A stretch of DNA of 64,000 bases from Rhodosorus marinus CCMP1338 (GCA_029953675.1 JAMWBK010000005.1:2790001-2854000), one strand, 5' to 3'; positions 50,068 through 63,990 are shown, numbered from the stretch's first letter. Program-made: numbers and translations. The notes: generated by a model from the sequence alone, not told the origin.

Positions 50068-51142
50068 ATGGCTCAAGGAGATTATATCGAGCTTCACCAG
50101 AAGCGTCATGGAAAGCGTCTGGACCATGAGGAGCGAACGCGGAAGCGTGAAGCGCGCGGTGTCAAGAAGAGGTCGAAGACGGCCAAGCAGTTGCGAGGAC
50201 TGAAGGCTAAGATATTTAACAAGGAAAGGTTCAAGGAGAAGGTCGAGATGAAGAAGACTTTGGCTATGCATTCTGAGAAGAACAGGAAGCACGCTGATGA
50301 AGCAAAGGTGGGTAGAGCTTCCCGTCTTCTGGTTTTAAGCTTCCATAAATGCGCCTGCTTTGAAATGTGATTCTAAGAGCCCGAGTGGTGTCTTCTCCTA
50401 AAAGGTTCCAGAGGGTGCACTACCTGTTTACTTGCTTGACCGTGAAGCTCAGACGAGATCCAAGGTCTTATCGAATACTGTCAAGCAGAAGAGAAAGGAG
50501 AAGGCTGGAAAATGGGATGTTCCCCTTCCAAAAGTCCGTCCAGTTGCTGACGACGAAATCTTCAAAGTCATGAAAACTGGTAAGAGAAAGAAGAAGGAGT
50601 GGAAGAGAATGGTCACCAAGGTTACGTATGTTGGTGAGAACTTCACGCGAAAGCCGCCAAAGTACGAGAGGTTTATCCGGCCCCAGGCGCTGAGGTAAGA
50701 ACGCGAGAACGACAGTTAGTTTGCGGTATGAGGGGCGAATATCTGAAGAACTCGTTTCCACCGTGAACGCGTAGGTTTAAGAAGGCTCACGTAACACATC
50801 CAGAGCTGAAGACGACTTTTTGTCTCGACATCATTGGCGTTAAGAAAAATCCCAGCTCCGGAACCTATACTGCTTTAGGTGTCATCACGAAGGGAACTAT
50901 TGTTGAGGTAAGCGGCAACCGAAGGTTTCTTGGTAGCCCTTTACGCCGTCGAGAGCACCGAAGGTGTGACAGCCTTGACACGAGCTTATTCGGTCGGTAC
51001 TTGTTGGTCATCCCACGTGCAGGTAAACGTTAGTGAGCTCGGACTGGTCACGAACACTGGCAAAGTTGTATGGGGGAAGTATGCTCAAGTAACAAACAAC
51101 CCTGAAAACGACGGCTGCATAAACGCTGTTCTTATCGTATAA
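50068..51142 (+). CDS. NSA2: Ribosome biogenesis protein NSA2 (4 exons)
   Basis: [95 protein letters not shown]. Confidence 0.97.
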
Positions 51143-51446
51143 GCAAACCAGCTCGGAAAACCCCCAACCCCGCGAGACCGATCGACTAGCAGAAGTTGTT
51201 GCTTCTTTTGCAGCCAATCGGTGATAACCTACCTAACTAGAGAGAAGAACCGAAGATCTGTTTCATTCAGAAGGCAATGATCATCAGCTATGACCACAGT
51301 CGTCTCTGATCGTTTTAATATCTATAGTAAATCGAAAATTGTGACCGAATACGATTAGGGTTGTAGGTCTGTCATAGCTTGCACATGAACCACTTTCCAA
51401 TGTAGGCTGACCCGCTACTACGAATGCTATTGCTCACGAGACGCGG

Positions 51447-51766
51447 TTGAGAAGAGCTCAATGGCCCGCACCTGACACGACGCGAGGAGGGTCGATGAGC
51501 CTGAAGAGGGGACGAGATGTATTGTGCGGCCTCCGAGATCCTGCCACAGTACAGAAGGCACTCGAAAGTCCGTACGCTGACGAATGGAGGCGTGAGGAGT
51601 TATGCACGTTGCGCGAAAACAGGGCCTGGGAATTAGTCCGTGAAGCCTCTCGCGACGAGCCTTGTCCTGAGCCATTGGAATGACCCCATCTGTTCCTCAT
51701 ATCCTTCAGGGTGAACTTGGAACTCAAGACCTTCATTGATTTATGAAGCTCCTCCCTTTCGACCAA
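51447..51766. mobile_element. Rearranged Copia RT relic, two pieces in opposite orientation
   Basis: Plus strand DPATVQKALESPYADEWRREEL..LRENRAWELV (cf. EP.T...AL....W..A...E...L..N.TWELV). Minus strand LSSKFTLKDM (cf. L...F.MKDLG). Confidence 0.65.
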
Positions 51767-51928
51767 TTTTAACTTTTTTTGTTATACCCCGCCGGCCTCC
51801 TGCCATCAGCCCAGATCCGGTGCGCTATAAGAGAAGCGTCCACCCACGCTACCCTGTCCCGATCCACGGACGATGATAGGAGTTGAGGTTGATGCCATTG
51901 TGGTATCCGAGCGCTAGTTGGTGGCGCC

Positions 51929-52526
51929 ATGTTGAACAGAGGAACTTTCGCAAAGCTCCGAAACGCTTTGTTCGGATCTCAAGCAAGGTAAAACCCTTTC
52001 TCGTAGCTTGTGGTTGCAGAGATGAAGTGGGCGATCCCGACTTCGATTCCGTCGGATTTGTGTATTGATTTCGTCGGCCTTCTGTCCTTTTAGATGGTTG
52101 AGTGACAGCAATCTCGTGCGAAAGCTGAACGATAGGATCTCGGGACTCCCGAAGCAGCTTGGCGTGAAGATCACTCGAGCCAAACGCGGTGGGGATATTG
52201 TAGCTGAGATGGAGATCAAGCCAATGCACCTCGCCGCGAACGGGTTTTGTCATGCAGGGTCTATCGTTACACTAGCAGACACGTCCTGCGGCCACGGAAC
52301 CTTCGCAAGCCTACCAGAAACAGCTACTGGCTTCACTACCATCGAGCTTAAGTCCAACTTTCTCGGAACGACCTTAAGCGGTGCCGTCGTCTGTGAAGCA
52401 TTCTGCGTTCACTCGGGACGAAGTACCCAGGTTTGGGATGCTACCGTGTTCATTCAGGAGAGTAAGAAAAAGATCGCATTGTTCAGGTGCACGCAGCTCA
52501 TTCTCTACCCCAAGCCGAACCCCTAG
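51929..52526 (+). CDS. PaaI-family hotdog-fold acyl-CoA thioesterase with a putative mitochondrial presequence (exons 51929-51987, 52094-52526)
   Basis: NGFCHAGSIVTLADTSCG, TTIELKSNFLG, GRSTQVWDATV and IALFRCTQ. A phase-2 GT-AG intron joins MLNRGTFAKLRNALFGSQA-R-WLS in frame. Confidence 0.88.
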
Positions 52527-52740
52527 GCATTGTCGGACGGGGTAGTTCAAATAGGCATGATCTTCCTGGCTCTATGACTTAATTATGATCAAGGCGGACG
52601 AAATATAGTTCAGTGTCCCTAATGAATCTCTTTTTTGCCCAATTTATCTTATGGCAAAATTAAAGTATGCATGCTAAATCTGAGAAAATCGGGTCCCACA
52701 TATGATGTCTGTTAGTTGCGAGAGGGACTGACAACAGAGC

Positions 52741-53351
52741 TCAAGGCAGCAGTTCCTTCTCCTTCTTTCTTTCGAAGACAGAATCTGGCCAAGCTTCAGT
52801 ATCATATTTTTCAGATTTCGAGCCGCCAAGGGTGTGCTTTGCCCCTGGGTCTGCGGTGATTCTAGTATCATCGGACTCGAATTCCTCGAAGTCTTGTAAA
52901 GGGGGAAGGCCGCTGCTGTCCATACGGACGGGTGCGGAGGTTCTCCGCCTGGATCTGTCCTTTCTGTACTCGTTCAGATTGTCGAGCTCATTCTTTGCAT
53001 CTTCGAAAGTCCTTGCTATGAGTCCTTTTCTCGTGCCGTCAGTCTCGTTCCAAATAACGTCCTGCTCAATCTCCTGCCGTCTCCTCTCCATGTTTTTCTT
53101 AAGGGCCAAGCTCTTGTTACCACGCAGAAAAGACGCAACAGGCCAAGTAAGTCATGAACCAATTAAACATACAAAGGGACTTCGTGAACAGAAGCACTTA
53201 CAGACTCACTAGCATGCTTCCGCAGAAGCTCCTTATTCCTCTCCGCCGCTATACAGGAAAACGTCCCCAATATAGCGGTAAACCCCACCGCCCTCAAGTA
53301 CTCTCCCAAATTGTGAGCATGAAACATCCACGACATATCAGCTCTCACCAT
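52741..53351 (-). CDS. Hypothetical protein (2 exons; N-terminal hydrophobic segment, charged C-terminus)
   Basis: C/A-rich leader at 53380-53600 on +, ATG at 53351, plausible GT-AG intron ~53110-53210, and an open 122-codon second exon. No family recognised. Confidence 0.5.
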
Positions 53352-53612
53352 GCCCTTCTCGCTCCTCACTCTACAAGCTTTACCTTCCCCAACTCTCACC
53401 CGCGGTCGCACAACCAAACCACTACCAAAACCAAAACTCAAACTACGCTCCATCTTTCCCTCAAAAAAGGGGAAACCAAGCCTCCTCCTCAAGTTCTAAT
53501 TGTTCCAGCTTACAACCTCTTAAGGAAGGGAAATATACAAAGTACGCAGTCAACAACAGTCAATAGCGAGAAACCCTCAAGCAATCCCATTCACCATTCC
53601 CACTCGGCAGAG

Positions 53613-54397
53613 GATGTCATTTCGTCATCTGCTTTCACTCTGCCTCTCCGTTCTCCACGGGCAGTCAGGTAGAGGTAGCCGCATCTGCCGGCTTCACGGT
53701 TTGGGTGTTGCTGCGAATACTATGCGGAAGCATAATGAATCCAAACATACTTCTAGGAAGGCGCTTATCAAAACTGATGCTTTGTGGTCTGCCCTGGCTC
53801 ATCAGTATATGTCCCCTTCGTTGTAGAAGTCACTTTGCCTTTCTGTTCTCCCCTCTACCTAATCCGGCTGCCAGCCGCTTCACGGTTTGGGTGTTGCTGC
53901 GAATAACTATGCGGAGGTTCAAGGAATCCCAGCATACTTCTAGGGAGGCACTTATCAAAGCTGGTGCTTTGTAGTCTGCCCTGGCTCATCAGTTTGTCCC
54001 CTTCGTTGTAGATGTCATTTTGCCATTCTGTTCTCCGCTCTGACAGCAGTCAGCTACTCCATTTGCCGGCTTCACGGTTTGGGTGTTGCTGCGAATACTA
54101 TGCGGAGGTTAGAGGAATCCAAGCATACTTCTAGGGAGGCGCTTATCAAAGCTGAGGCTTTGCAGTCTGCCCTAGCCCATCAGTTTGTCCCCTTAGTTGT
54201 AGATGTCATTTTGTCACCGCTATCATTCTGTTCTCCGTTCTGCTCAGGCAGTCAGATCGCGGCGTAGGGTGTTGCTACGAATACTATGCCGAGGCGTCAG
54301 GAATTGGAGTATGCCTATATGAAGGTGCTTGTCTGAGGCTCATCTGAGGCTTTGCAGTCTGCCCTGGCTCACCAGTTTCCCCTCTTAGCTGTAGAGG
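53613..54397 (+). repeat. Tandem repeat, four units of ~185-213 bp
   Basis: Recurring GGGTGTTGCTGCGAATACTATGCGG...CATACTTCTAGG...GTCTGCCCTGGCTCATCAG...GTTGTAGATGTCATT. Unit starts near 53613, 53826, 54011 and 54202. Confidence 0.92.
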
Positions 54398-55904
54398 TCT
54401 TGGGTTCTTAGGGGTGCTTGGGTGCGCGTGAGTGTTGCCCGTGACGGCCCTCATGCTCTTTCTTGACTGGATACTTCTTTGAGTCTGATTCTCTGGGGCT
54501 GCAACGCTGCCTGAGTTCTGGAGGTGTGCTCTCTGCGCCCTTCCTAGCGTACCTAGTTCGGGGAGCTTCGCTTCGGATTGAGCCGATCGAGTTGTCGGTC
54601 AGTTCAAGAGGAAGTCACCCACTTTGGTTTACACGATTCGGCCTTCGTAGGCGTCCGAATTGGAACGTATGCATAAGTTATAACGTTTACATGTGCGCTT
54701 CAGAGGTTGTGACGATTCTCGGTTTCCGGTTTGACCAACTTCTTGGACGGATCTTAGTTCTCAGCACTTTTCTTAAGACCGCTCTTGCTGGAGAGCAAAA
54801 AGAGATATATGGAAAACAGTCTGGTAGCCTAGGAGACATGGATAAAGCGTTTTTTGTGATTCTCGCGGTCCGGTTTGATCGAAGTTTTCTAACGATCTCC
54901 GTCTCAATTCTTAGCGTCTGCTGTACATTACGTGACTACGGTTTGCTCATCCTAAGCATCCAAGACGGAACGTTAGATAAGTCCAGCGTTTGACCTATGC
55001 TGTGAGGAAACGGTTTGTCCGGCTAGCTGCGTTCAAACATGTGGGTTCTGGCAGTCAATTTTCCTCCAGAAACTTTCGGCAGTGACCCGTGTTATGCGTG
55101 GTTCATCTAACGTAGAACAGAGCTCTACGATAGCCCGTGAACGTGTTCTTCAAGATTTTATCACAATGTGGCTGCGCCTCTCTCGAGGACTACGCAATCA
55201 ACAAGAGGTTCGGGCCTCTCGTACGGAGCGTGAGTTCGGGTGGCGATTAACTTAGCTGTCTGATAGTAATCTACATACACAAGCTAATTCATCTAAACGC
55301 TTTCATCAGCTCCGATCAGAAATCCTTCGGAGCAGAACTGACCGTAAGAAAAAGTCTACGAACACGCTGATAACGCGCGTCCAACAATAAAACCAGCGTT
55401 CCAAGGCCCGAGGACAGCTCCGTGACGAGGATCTAAAGATGAGTTGGGTCGATACGAGAATATTTCATCAAGCAAGCGAGAGTCTACACTATCCAGTAGA
55501 CGAAAGCACTCGATAATGAGCTCTTCCACTCGAACATCCCTTCGAATCCCCGCAAAACGAAAACCAGTGTTTTCGATACGAAAAACAGCGATTGCTGAAA
55601 ATATAATAAAAAAATGGAACGTGACGACGGCCATAATCGATTCGCTCAGCACTGCAAAACAATTACTAAAATTCTATTTCAAATTCCAATACATCGATTT
55701 TGATACTGTTTTGATAGATTTTGGTAGGGGGTTTTCTAGTTTCAGCAGTGCAGGTTGGGAATTGAGGACGAGGGATGAGAGCTGAGACTGTTGAGGCTGT
55801 TAGAGGAGGCTGTGGAAGAAGCTTATTTGACGTACTGTATACTTTGTAATAAAACTTTGAAGTGAATTCTGTGTAACTTGTTGTTGGTTTGGATTTCGGT
55901 GTGA

Positions 55905-57333
<1,429 letters not shown>

Positions 57334-57969
57334 GGTGGCAAACCTTGGTTCCCAGTATTCTTCCTTCCTCCTGGACGAAACCCATCGCTTGAAGATAAAG
57401 TCAAGCGGACAAGGCGATGGAATAGACCTGGTTTCTAAAGCCCCGAACAGCCGCTCACGGGTTTAGCTCGGGTTGAGATGCCAATCTGACGAAATCTAGC
57501 AACTCAGTGCGGACCTTTCCTTGTCCTGTCGTTGAAAGGCACGTAGCCGTTGATTTATGACGGCAATGTACAACCTCCATTGAAAAGGAACATCTGCATA
57601 AACCAGTGACGTCGATTTCCATCGACGGGTCTGTTCTGTTATAACGGGTTAGGCTGGTGCTTTACGGACGACGATTGAACCTGAGCATTACTCTGCCGTC
57701 TACGGGGTCAGCTCAGCCATCTACGAACCTCCCTTCATTCGCCATTGGGATAGTTGTTTCTGTCACATCTCAAAAAGACCTGATCGCGCCATCAGAGCAT
57801 AGATGCGGAGCTATCAGCTAAACAGGATCCTACCTGAAGAGCTCCACCTTTCAGCTAACCAGATCGGCCTCAGTATGAGACAATTGACCAGAAAGCCGCT
57901 GGGAAGGCAAACCTTCAGCGGGTTCTTCAGGATTCTTCACCGAGTGGCAAAGGTCGGGCCCAATGGTCT

Positions 57970-58284
57970 ATCCGCTCAAGCCTCACTGATATCTCTGATC
58001 GGATAAACCACATTGGTGTAAAGAAGACAGAGCACCAGCCTCAGGATGTCGCGGTTCAACAGTGTGTTGCTCAATGGACGGGAGCAATTTCACGAGTAGA
58101 CTCTATCTATCTTCCCACTGCGTCGGTGAGGTGTTGTTTGGGGGCTTTCTATACCATCGCCCAATGTCAAAGGGCAAGCCGACTGGTCTTAAACAATCCG
58201 CTCAACCCTGAGGTCTCGGATCGGATAAGTAGTCTGTACCGCTGTGTAGGAAGATAGGCAACTAGGACGAGGATGTCGCGGTTC
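57970..58284 (+). repeat. Degenerate direct duplication (~88 bp, ~226-bp period)
   Basis: ATCCGCTCAA.CCT...TCTC.GATCGGATAA...AGGATGTCGCGGTTC at 57970-58057 and 58196-58284. AACCACATTGGT also recurs. Confidence 0.6.
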
Positions 58285-58623
58285 TTTTCTTCAGGTAAAC
58301 TCGCACGTTTACTGACAATCCGCTCAACGATGTATGAACCACATTGGTAAAGAGTATGAATCATGAGCATCAGGATGTTTTTCATTCTTTGGATGCTTCC
58401 TCATTGAAAAGAGAAATGGTCAGAGTACATTAAGCTTCTAGACCATTATGCCCAGTTCAGCTCCGAGTTAGGTGTGTAGAGCAGGCTTACAAGCCCTCCC
58501 ATATTGTTAGGGATGGAAAGGATGCATGAATGCCCGGGTGTAGTCATTGAGCTGCGAATCGTTTTCTTGTTGGAAAGCGACTGGATGGCATTTTTTCCTA
58601 CCGAAGACCAAATTTTGTTGTTG

Positions 58624-59017
58624 ATGGCAGATAAAAGATTCGATGAGAAGGAGTTCCTCAGGGATTTAGCGTTGATCGTGGAGAGCGAGACAAAGAAACA
58701 TGCAGTGGAGATGACTCCAAAGGCGATCATGTCACTCGCCGAGGTCGTTGAGGCGATGCTCATTCAGAGGATTGCACCCGATTTGGAAGCCTTCGCGGAG
58801 CACGGGAAGCGTTCAACAGTGACGGTGGATGATGTGCGACTCCTGGCCAGGCGAAGTGAAGATCTGGTTGGCTTTTACGGCAAATTCCAATAAGAGAGAT
58901 AAGTCCGGAATGGTATCTACTAAACTCCATTGAACCCCTTTTGTTCTTGGTTAGGCAAACCACTTGAGTTCGTTCCTGAAGAACAAGGACCAAAAGGGTG
59001 ATCCAGGACCCTCATAA
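58624..59017 (+). CDS. CENPS: Centromere protein S / MHF1 (histone fold), probably 2 exons
   Basis: IAPDLEAFAEHGKRSTVTVDDVRLLARRS matches CENP-S DLE.FA.HAKR.T...DV.LLARR. An unspliced stop at 58893 is the alternative end. Confidence 0.88.
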
Positions 59018-59840
59018 CCCGGAACGACAACCACTTCCATCCAGGTATCCATCTATTCGTCGAGAGTTCAACGAAACGATCCCGAACGCGCTGTGTTCAA
59101 CTCATAAATCGGAAACTAGACCGTTGCAAACATATATACTCGTACACGCAACAGTTCAAGCAATGGACACAGCGTACACCTAGCATGTACTAGCGAACTG
59201 AATCGTGCACCATAAGTGCTTGTCAGACTAGCTGGATGAGCGGCGCTTGGAGTGACTTAACTGACTCCAACTCTAGATGTTTTATCACGAACGACCTTCA
59301 GCAGCGGCCTATTATACTAAATTTACTGTTGTTGCCGGCCTAATATACTAAATTCACTGTTGTTACATCTTCTTGATAACACTTTTAACAGCAAGGCGCT
59401 GTCCGGAAACGCGCAGGTAGACTCTGACCCGACTTCCAGCTCAACAAGAACCACTAATGCGTTTTCATAGGAAGAAAGTGTCCAGTCGACCAGGTCTTCT
59501 CCCCGTTTTTTTGCCTGCCGTGAGAGGGGATTCTCCCAAGCGGCTCAAGTCGGCCGACGGCCCGAACAACCTTTGGCAGTTCAGAACACTCTTCGATTAG
59601 GACCAAGTTTCTACCCCTCAAACGAACTACACAGGGAGTTTCACCGGTAAAAATTGTCTACGACGCTGCTTGTCACTCCCACCTTCTGGAGCTCTCTAGT
59701 CCACATTCTCTCTCCTCAGCCGTGCGGTCCTTTCCAAAAAGTTATCGCACAGGAAGCCAACCTCAGACAAACAGAGGAGAAGTGTGCCTTCAACAGAGCA
59801 CCGTCGCGAGGCACCATATGGAAGCGGTCGTGGTCAGGCC

Positions 59841-62116
59841 CTAGTTGATCCACATGAAGTCCTTATTATCGTTGGTCTGGCTGCTTCTTCTAGGCCCCGT
59901 ATCAACACGAGCAGTTTTGTCGTTTGTCAGGTTCCTCGCATTCTTTATTCGCTCCTGCCTGGCCAGGTCCAAAGCCCGCTCAGCTGTACTGATCTTCTTT
60001 GTCAAGTCATCGATCTGCCCGAGTTGAACGGCAAGCAAACCGGTTTTCAGAAAAAAGCTCAAAACAACAATTGAGTCGTTCGTGGTTTTGCGTTTGCTCA
60101 CTTCCTTCTCAAGCTGTTTCGCGTAATCATCCTTCTCGGATAGGATCTGGCCCAGCTCTTCCACCCTCTTCCTCGGTTCCGACTCTGGGCTTTCCTTATC
60201 GGTTTTCCTCGATTCGTCCTTGGGGTTAGTGAGTGAGAGGAGCAGGTGCCTCATTCGAATAGCTTGGCTCGTTGCTCTTGAGGAGATTCCTCTCAGAATC
60301 TTATTTCCCTGGAAACCCTTGATCTCCTTCAGCACCGAGTCCTGGATCTGCGATATGTTAACATTAGATGGGCGAACCGCGAGAACGCAATAGTCAGTTC
60401 TCAGAAACAAATACCAGGAGAGAATGGGAAACAGAATCAAGACTGTGGTGAGCAGTGAAAACGTACATCGTACAGCTCCTGCATCCTCTTGATGAGCTCT
60501 TCGGTGTTCGTTCGCGCCTCATTTCTACTTCGTTCGTATTCCAATTCAAGAAAATCAAGAGTTTCCTCCGCCTAAAAACACAATCAGAGGGAGAAAACGG
60601 GTCAACGATTGCGCTGTTGGTTCGTATCCTGTGAGCAGTGAAGCACCACCGGCTGAGTTGTCGAAATCGAAGAGAATCAGCTTACCGCACTGGCATCGAC
60701 ATCTGAGGATCTCTCTCTCTCTTTCAGCTTTACAATTTCTTGGCGAAGCCTATCAGACATTAGCTGTGAACGACGCTTCGCGCCTTCTCCTGACTGAATG
60801 TTACGAGTGATTTCCTTCAATTCACACCTGTGAAAAGGAAGCGAAGAAAGGTGCAATAAACTCAAGCCTCAGTTCCAACAACTCGGATTCAAGGGTGCGA
60901 AAAAGAGGCCGGCATCTACGCACTCATCTTTCATCAGATCAAGTTCGGCCTTCCCGAGATCTCTACGCAACTGAGTAAGCTCCCGCGGATAGTTTTCCAG
61001 TTTTCGAACAAACTCGTTCACTTTAGGCGTTGATAGTTCATCCATTCGATTCTCTTTCTCCAGAAGCTCCTTGTGCTTCCGCTGAGTCCTGTATATCGTC
61101 TTTGGTCGAAAAGGCCGAGTTGGTTAGTCAGCGCGATCGGAAGTTTTTTTCGTCCAGTCTGCAAATAAATACTTTACCTCCTTCAACTTCGCTTGAAGCT
61201 CTGCAACTTCCCGGTGAGTCACCACGAGATCAAACCTCAGCTCTTCCAGGCGTTGTTCCATGTGAAGGTACTCTCTATCCTCTTGAGCTTTACCGTTTCG
61301 CACCTTTGACTGCTTTACAACGTGTTTAAGTGATCTAATCTGTTCGCCGTTCTCATCAATCTGGGATCCGTTTGTAGGACAGAGACTGGATTAGGGCCCA
61401 TGGCAGCGCGGCACTTGTTTCCGTCACGTATGGGATTGTCTTACCTTCGTTTCGATCCGAGCTGCTGCCTGGCTCTTTCCCTCATAGGTGCTCATCTCCT
61501 GGAGGATGGGGATAAGCCTATGTAAACCATCGTCAACGCTGAACTCTGTATCGTCGATGGAAAAGACTCTCCTAACCTCCGCTAAAACCCGGTTGAGATC
61601 TTCAAGCAACTCCGCGTCCTGTGTCCAGTCCACGGTATCGGGATCGGCGTCCTCAAATGCACAATTTTCCAGAATAGCCCAGAACTGCCTCCGGCGCTGA
61701 ATCTTCTCGGCAAAGTCCTCACTTACGGGAGACTCCTTGTTTCCCTCGGCGAGTTTTGTGGCTCCACCCATCACCTCTCCTTCGAGTTCGGACTCCTCTC
61801 CCATCTCAGCTCTGGGACTGTCTCCTTCATCGTCATCCGCAAGAACATCTTGGGAAAGCGTGTCTGTACCTACAGAGTCATCCTCTGCCTCCCCCCCACC
61901 TAGCAGAACGGCACTGTCTACTCCTCCAAACGACGCCCCCTCTTGATCCCCATCCTTGAGGACCTCTTCGCCTAGAAGTCCGAAAGGGGAATCTTCACTC
62001 CTCGCGACTGGGGTGTCGACCATGTCGTCGAGTAGCGACAGCGAATCCTCGCTATCCTTCAAGGGCACAGATCGGCTGCCCACACCTTTGTTATCGCTCG
62101 CCCTTTCCTCCTCCAT
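59841..62116 (-). CDS. Large acidic, coiled-coil protein of unknown function, multi-exon
   Basis: A 230-codon acidic first exon, then several E/K/R/L-rich heptad exons separated by GT-AG introns. C/A-rich leader at 62130-62460 on +. Confidence 0.7.
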
Positions 62117-63799
62117 CCGCACCAAAGCTCCCGCCCAACACAGATCGAAACATAAAAACCCAACTCACTAAAGAAAACCACTAAACCATCAAACCACACC
62201 CATCGATTTACGCTTCACACAGGGACTACCACGCTCCTCCCTCCCAGGCACCCACACAACAAATGCTCGCCAGAAAACGTCCCCAATACCCAGACCAGCT
62301 CTTTCGATCCCATGCACAAATACCAGTTCCAACTCAAATCCTCCTCCTTGGCACTGCAACACTCCTCCCCCCCCCCACCTCCCCAACCCCAAAACCACAA
62401 CCAGTACCAAAATCCAAACAAACGACAAAAAAAGGGCCCTTAAGATTTAAAACCAAAATGGATTGAAATATCACAGCAGCTTTTTTGTTGCTAACTGTTT
62501 TGCGGTCATGCACTAAACGTCTTGGTTCCCTATAAGAGTTAAGAGCTCCCTCCGAACCAAACCAGTCTTCACCTTTCTCCTTCCTTTCCCTCCCCCTCTT
62601 CATCCGTGGTCCATCGATAAAAACTCCTAAAAATAAAAATAAAACACAAAACATCATCAACACATAAATCAATATTATCTTGACTACTTTTCAGTCAATA
62701 TCATAGGATCATGTGCCCGATTCGGTGCATCCGTTTTTTCTACGTCAAAACATATTTATTGTTGTATTGACTGAATATAGTCAATATTATGGGTTCTTCT
62801 TTTAGAGTCTGGCTTATACTTGTACATAATTTATTCTGAAATACATTTTAACGTTGGGACGCGGGAACAGTGTGAAATATACATAAAATTTGGGGGTATA
62901 TATTTGAGTTGGGATAAATAGGGGGGTATATTTGGATGACTTTCCGTTCACTATAAGCTCTTCATTATTGAATTATCGATCATTGTCGGGGCTTAGAGAG
63001 AGATATATAAGAGGGGTATATTTCGGCAAAAATAAGTAATGAATTTAGTTTGTTTTTGCGCCGATTTTGATATGGTCTGAAACGGCTGTTTTCTCTTTCT
63101 TGATTTCTGGTTTATTCAGGTGAGGGATGCTGGATATATCTATTTATTCTTAAATTTAAGATGTTTAGGGAAATATGAATTGTTAAATATTTAAAAATAG
63201 AGGCATGTGAGTAAAAATATGTGTAAATTTTACCTCCGCGAGAGTGTAAGTATAATTTATCTTATTTTAATATTCATAAACAGCATCCAGGTTTGGCTTT
63301 TCTTTTGAAATTATGAGGTAGGTTCTGAACGCTGAAAATGCTTTGAAAATGCTTTGAAATGGGAGTTCGAGTAGGCAGCTTGCAGTGAAACGTTTGTATG
63401 GCTTTGGAAAGGGTGATTTGGTAGCGCTGGGTTGGATTGATTCATACTCCGTACTGAGACGTCAGCAGCGTCAGACGAGCTGGTCATTTAGGCTCAACTG
63501 CTCCGATTGTGGTCAACTGCTCCATTCAACGGCTCCGTTGACCACACTCGGAGCACTTCTGCACGTCAGAAAGGAGTGCCGTGAGCCAGAGGAACAAGCT
63601 ACGACGAAGTAGTTCCACGCAGGGGTGGTGACGAACACAAGTCAGACATCCCTTTTCGGCACACACCCAGGTTCGCCCCACGACTATGAGCTGGGGTCTT
63701 TGATCTTTTATCCGTCGAACAAGAAGTTTTCCGGATGTCATCGCGAAGCGATGGACGACTTGACGAGCAGAGAAGTCAAATTCGAGTTACGCTAAAATC

Positions 63800-63990
63800 A
63801 GGGACAAGCACACCAGCCCAATTAATTGTCTTTCCGCATCAAGAGCGGAAAAGACAAGTGGAAGAGTTCTTGCCAAAAGGACTAGTTAGGCCGCATTCAT
63901 CATCTTCCTTATCCTTTGTTCCGAGACAACAACCATGAGAGGACGAAGGCTATTCGAAACCGTGACAGCAGGCCTCTGAAACTCAGGCGG
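63800..63990 (+). mobile_element. Gypsy RT N-terminal relic
   Basis: ERKRQVEEFLPKGLVRPHSSSSLSFVP resembles E...QV.ELL.KG.IRPS.SP.ASP..FV. Confidence 0.5.

Noticed and set aside
54463-54993. 176-aa ORF (and the 172-aa ORF at 53154-53672) as genes
   Set aside because: Non-ATG starts and no motif. The 53154 ORF is the antisense shadow of a low-complexity leader.
55535-55555. TTCGAATCCC as a tRNA T-loop (also near 11831)
   Set aside because: No flanking stems or cloverleaf. No tRNA, rRNA or snRNA gene was recognised anywhere in the window.
58167-58385. Chromodomain-like YIVERIVSKR (chromovirus relic)
   Set aside because: The downstream aromatic cage and WE motif are missing, and the duplicated copy nearby does not keep the frame.
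60340-60450. Transmembrane helix ILFPILSWYLFL in ORF 59841-60440 (possible KASH or golgin anchor)
   Set aside because: On the minus strand it lies inside a GTACGT...CTAAT...CGCAG intron. The second hydrophobic stretch (IVVLSFFLKTGLLAV) is likewise inside a GTGAGC...GGCAG intron.
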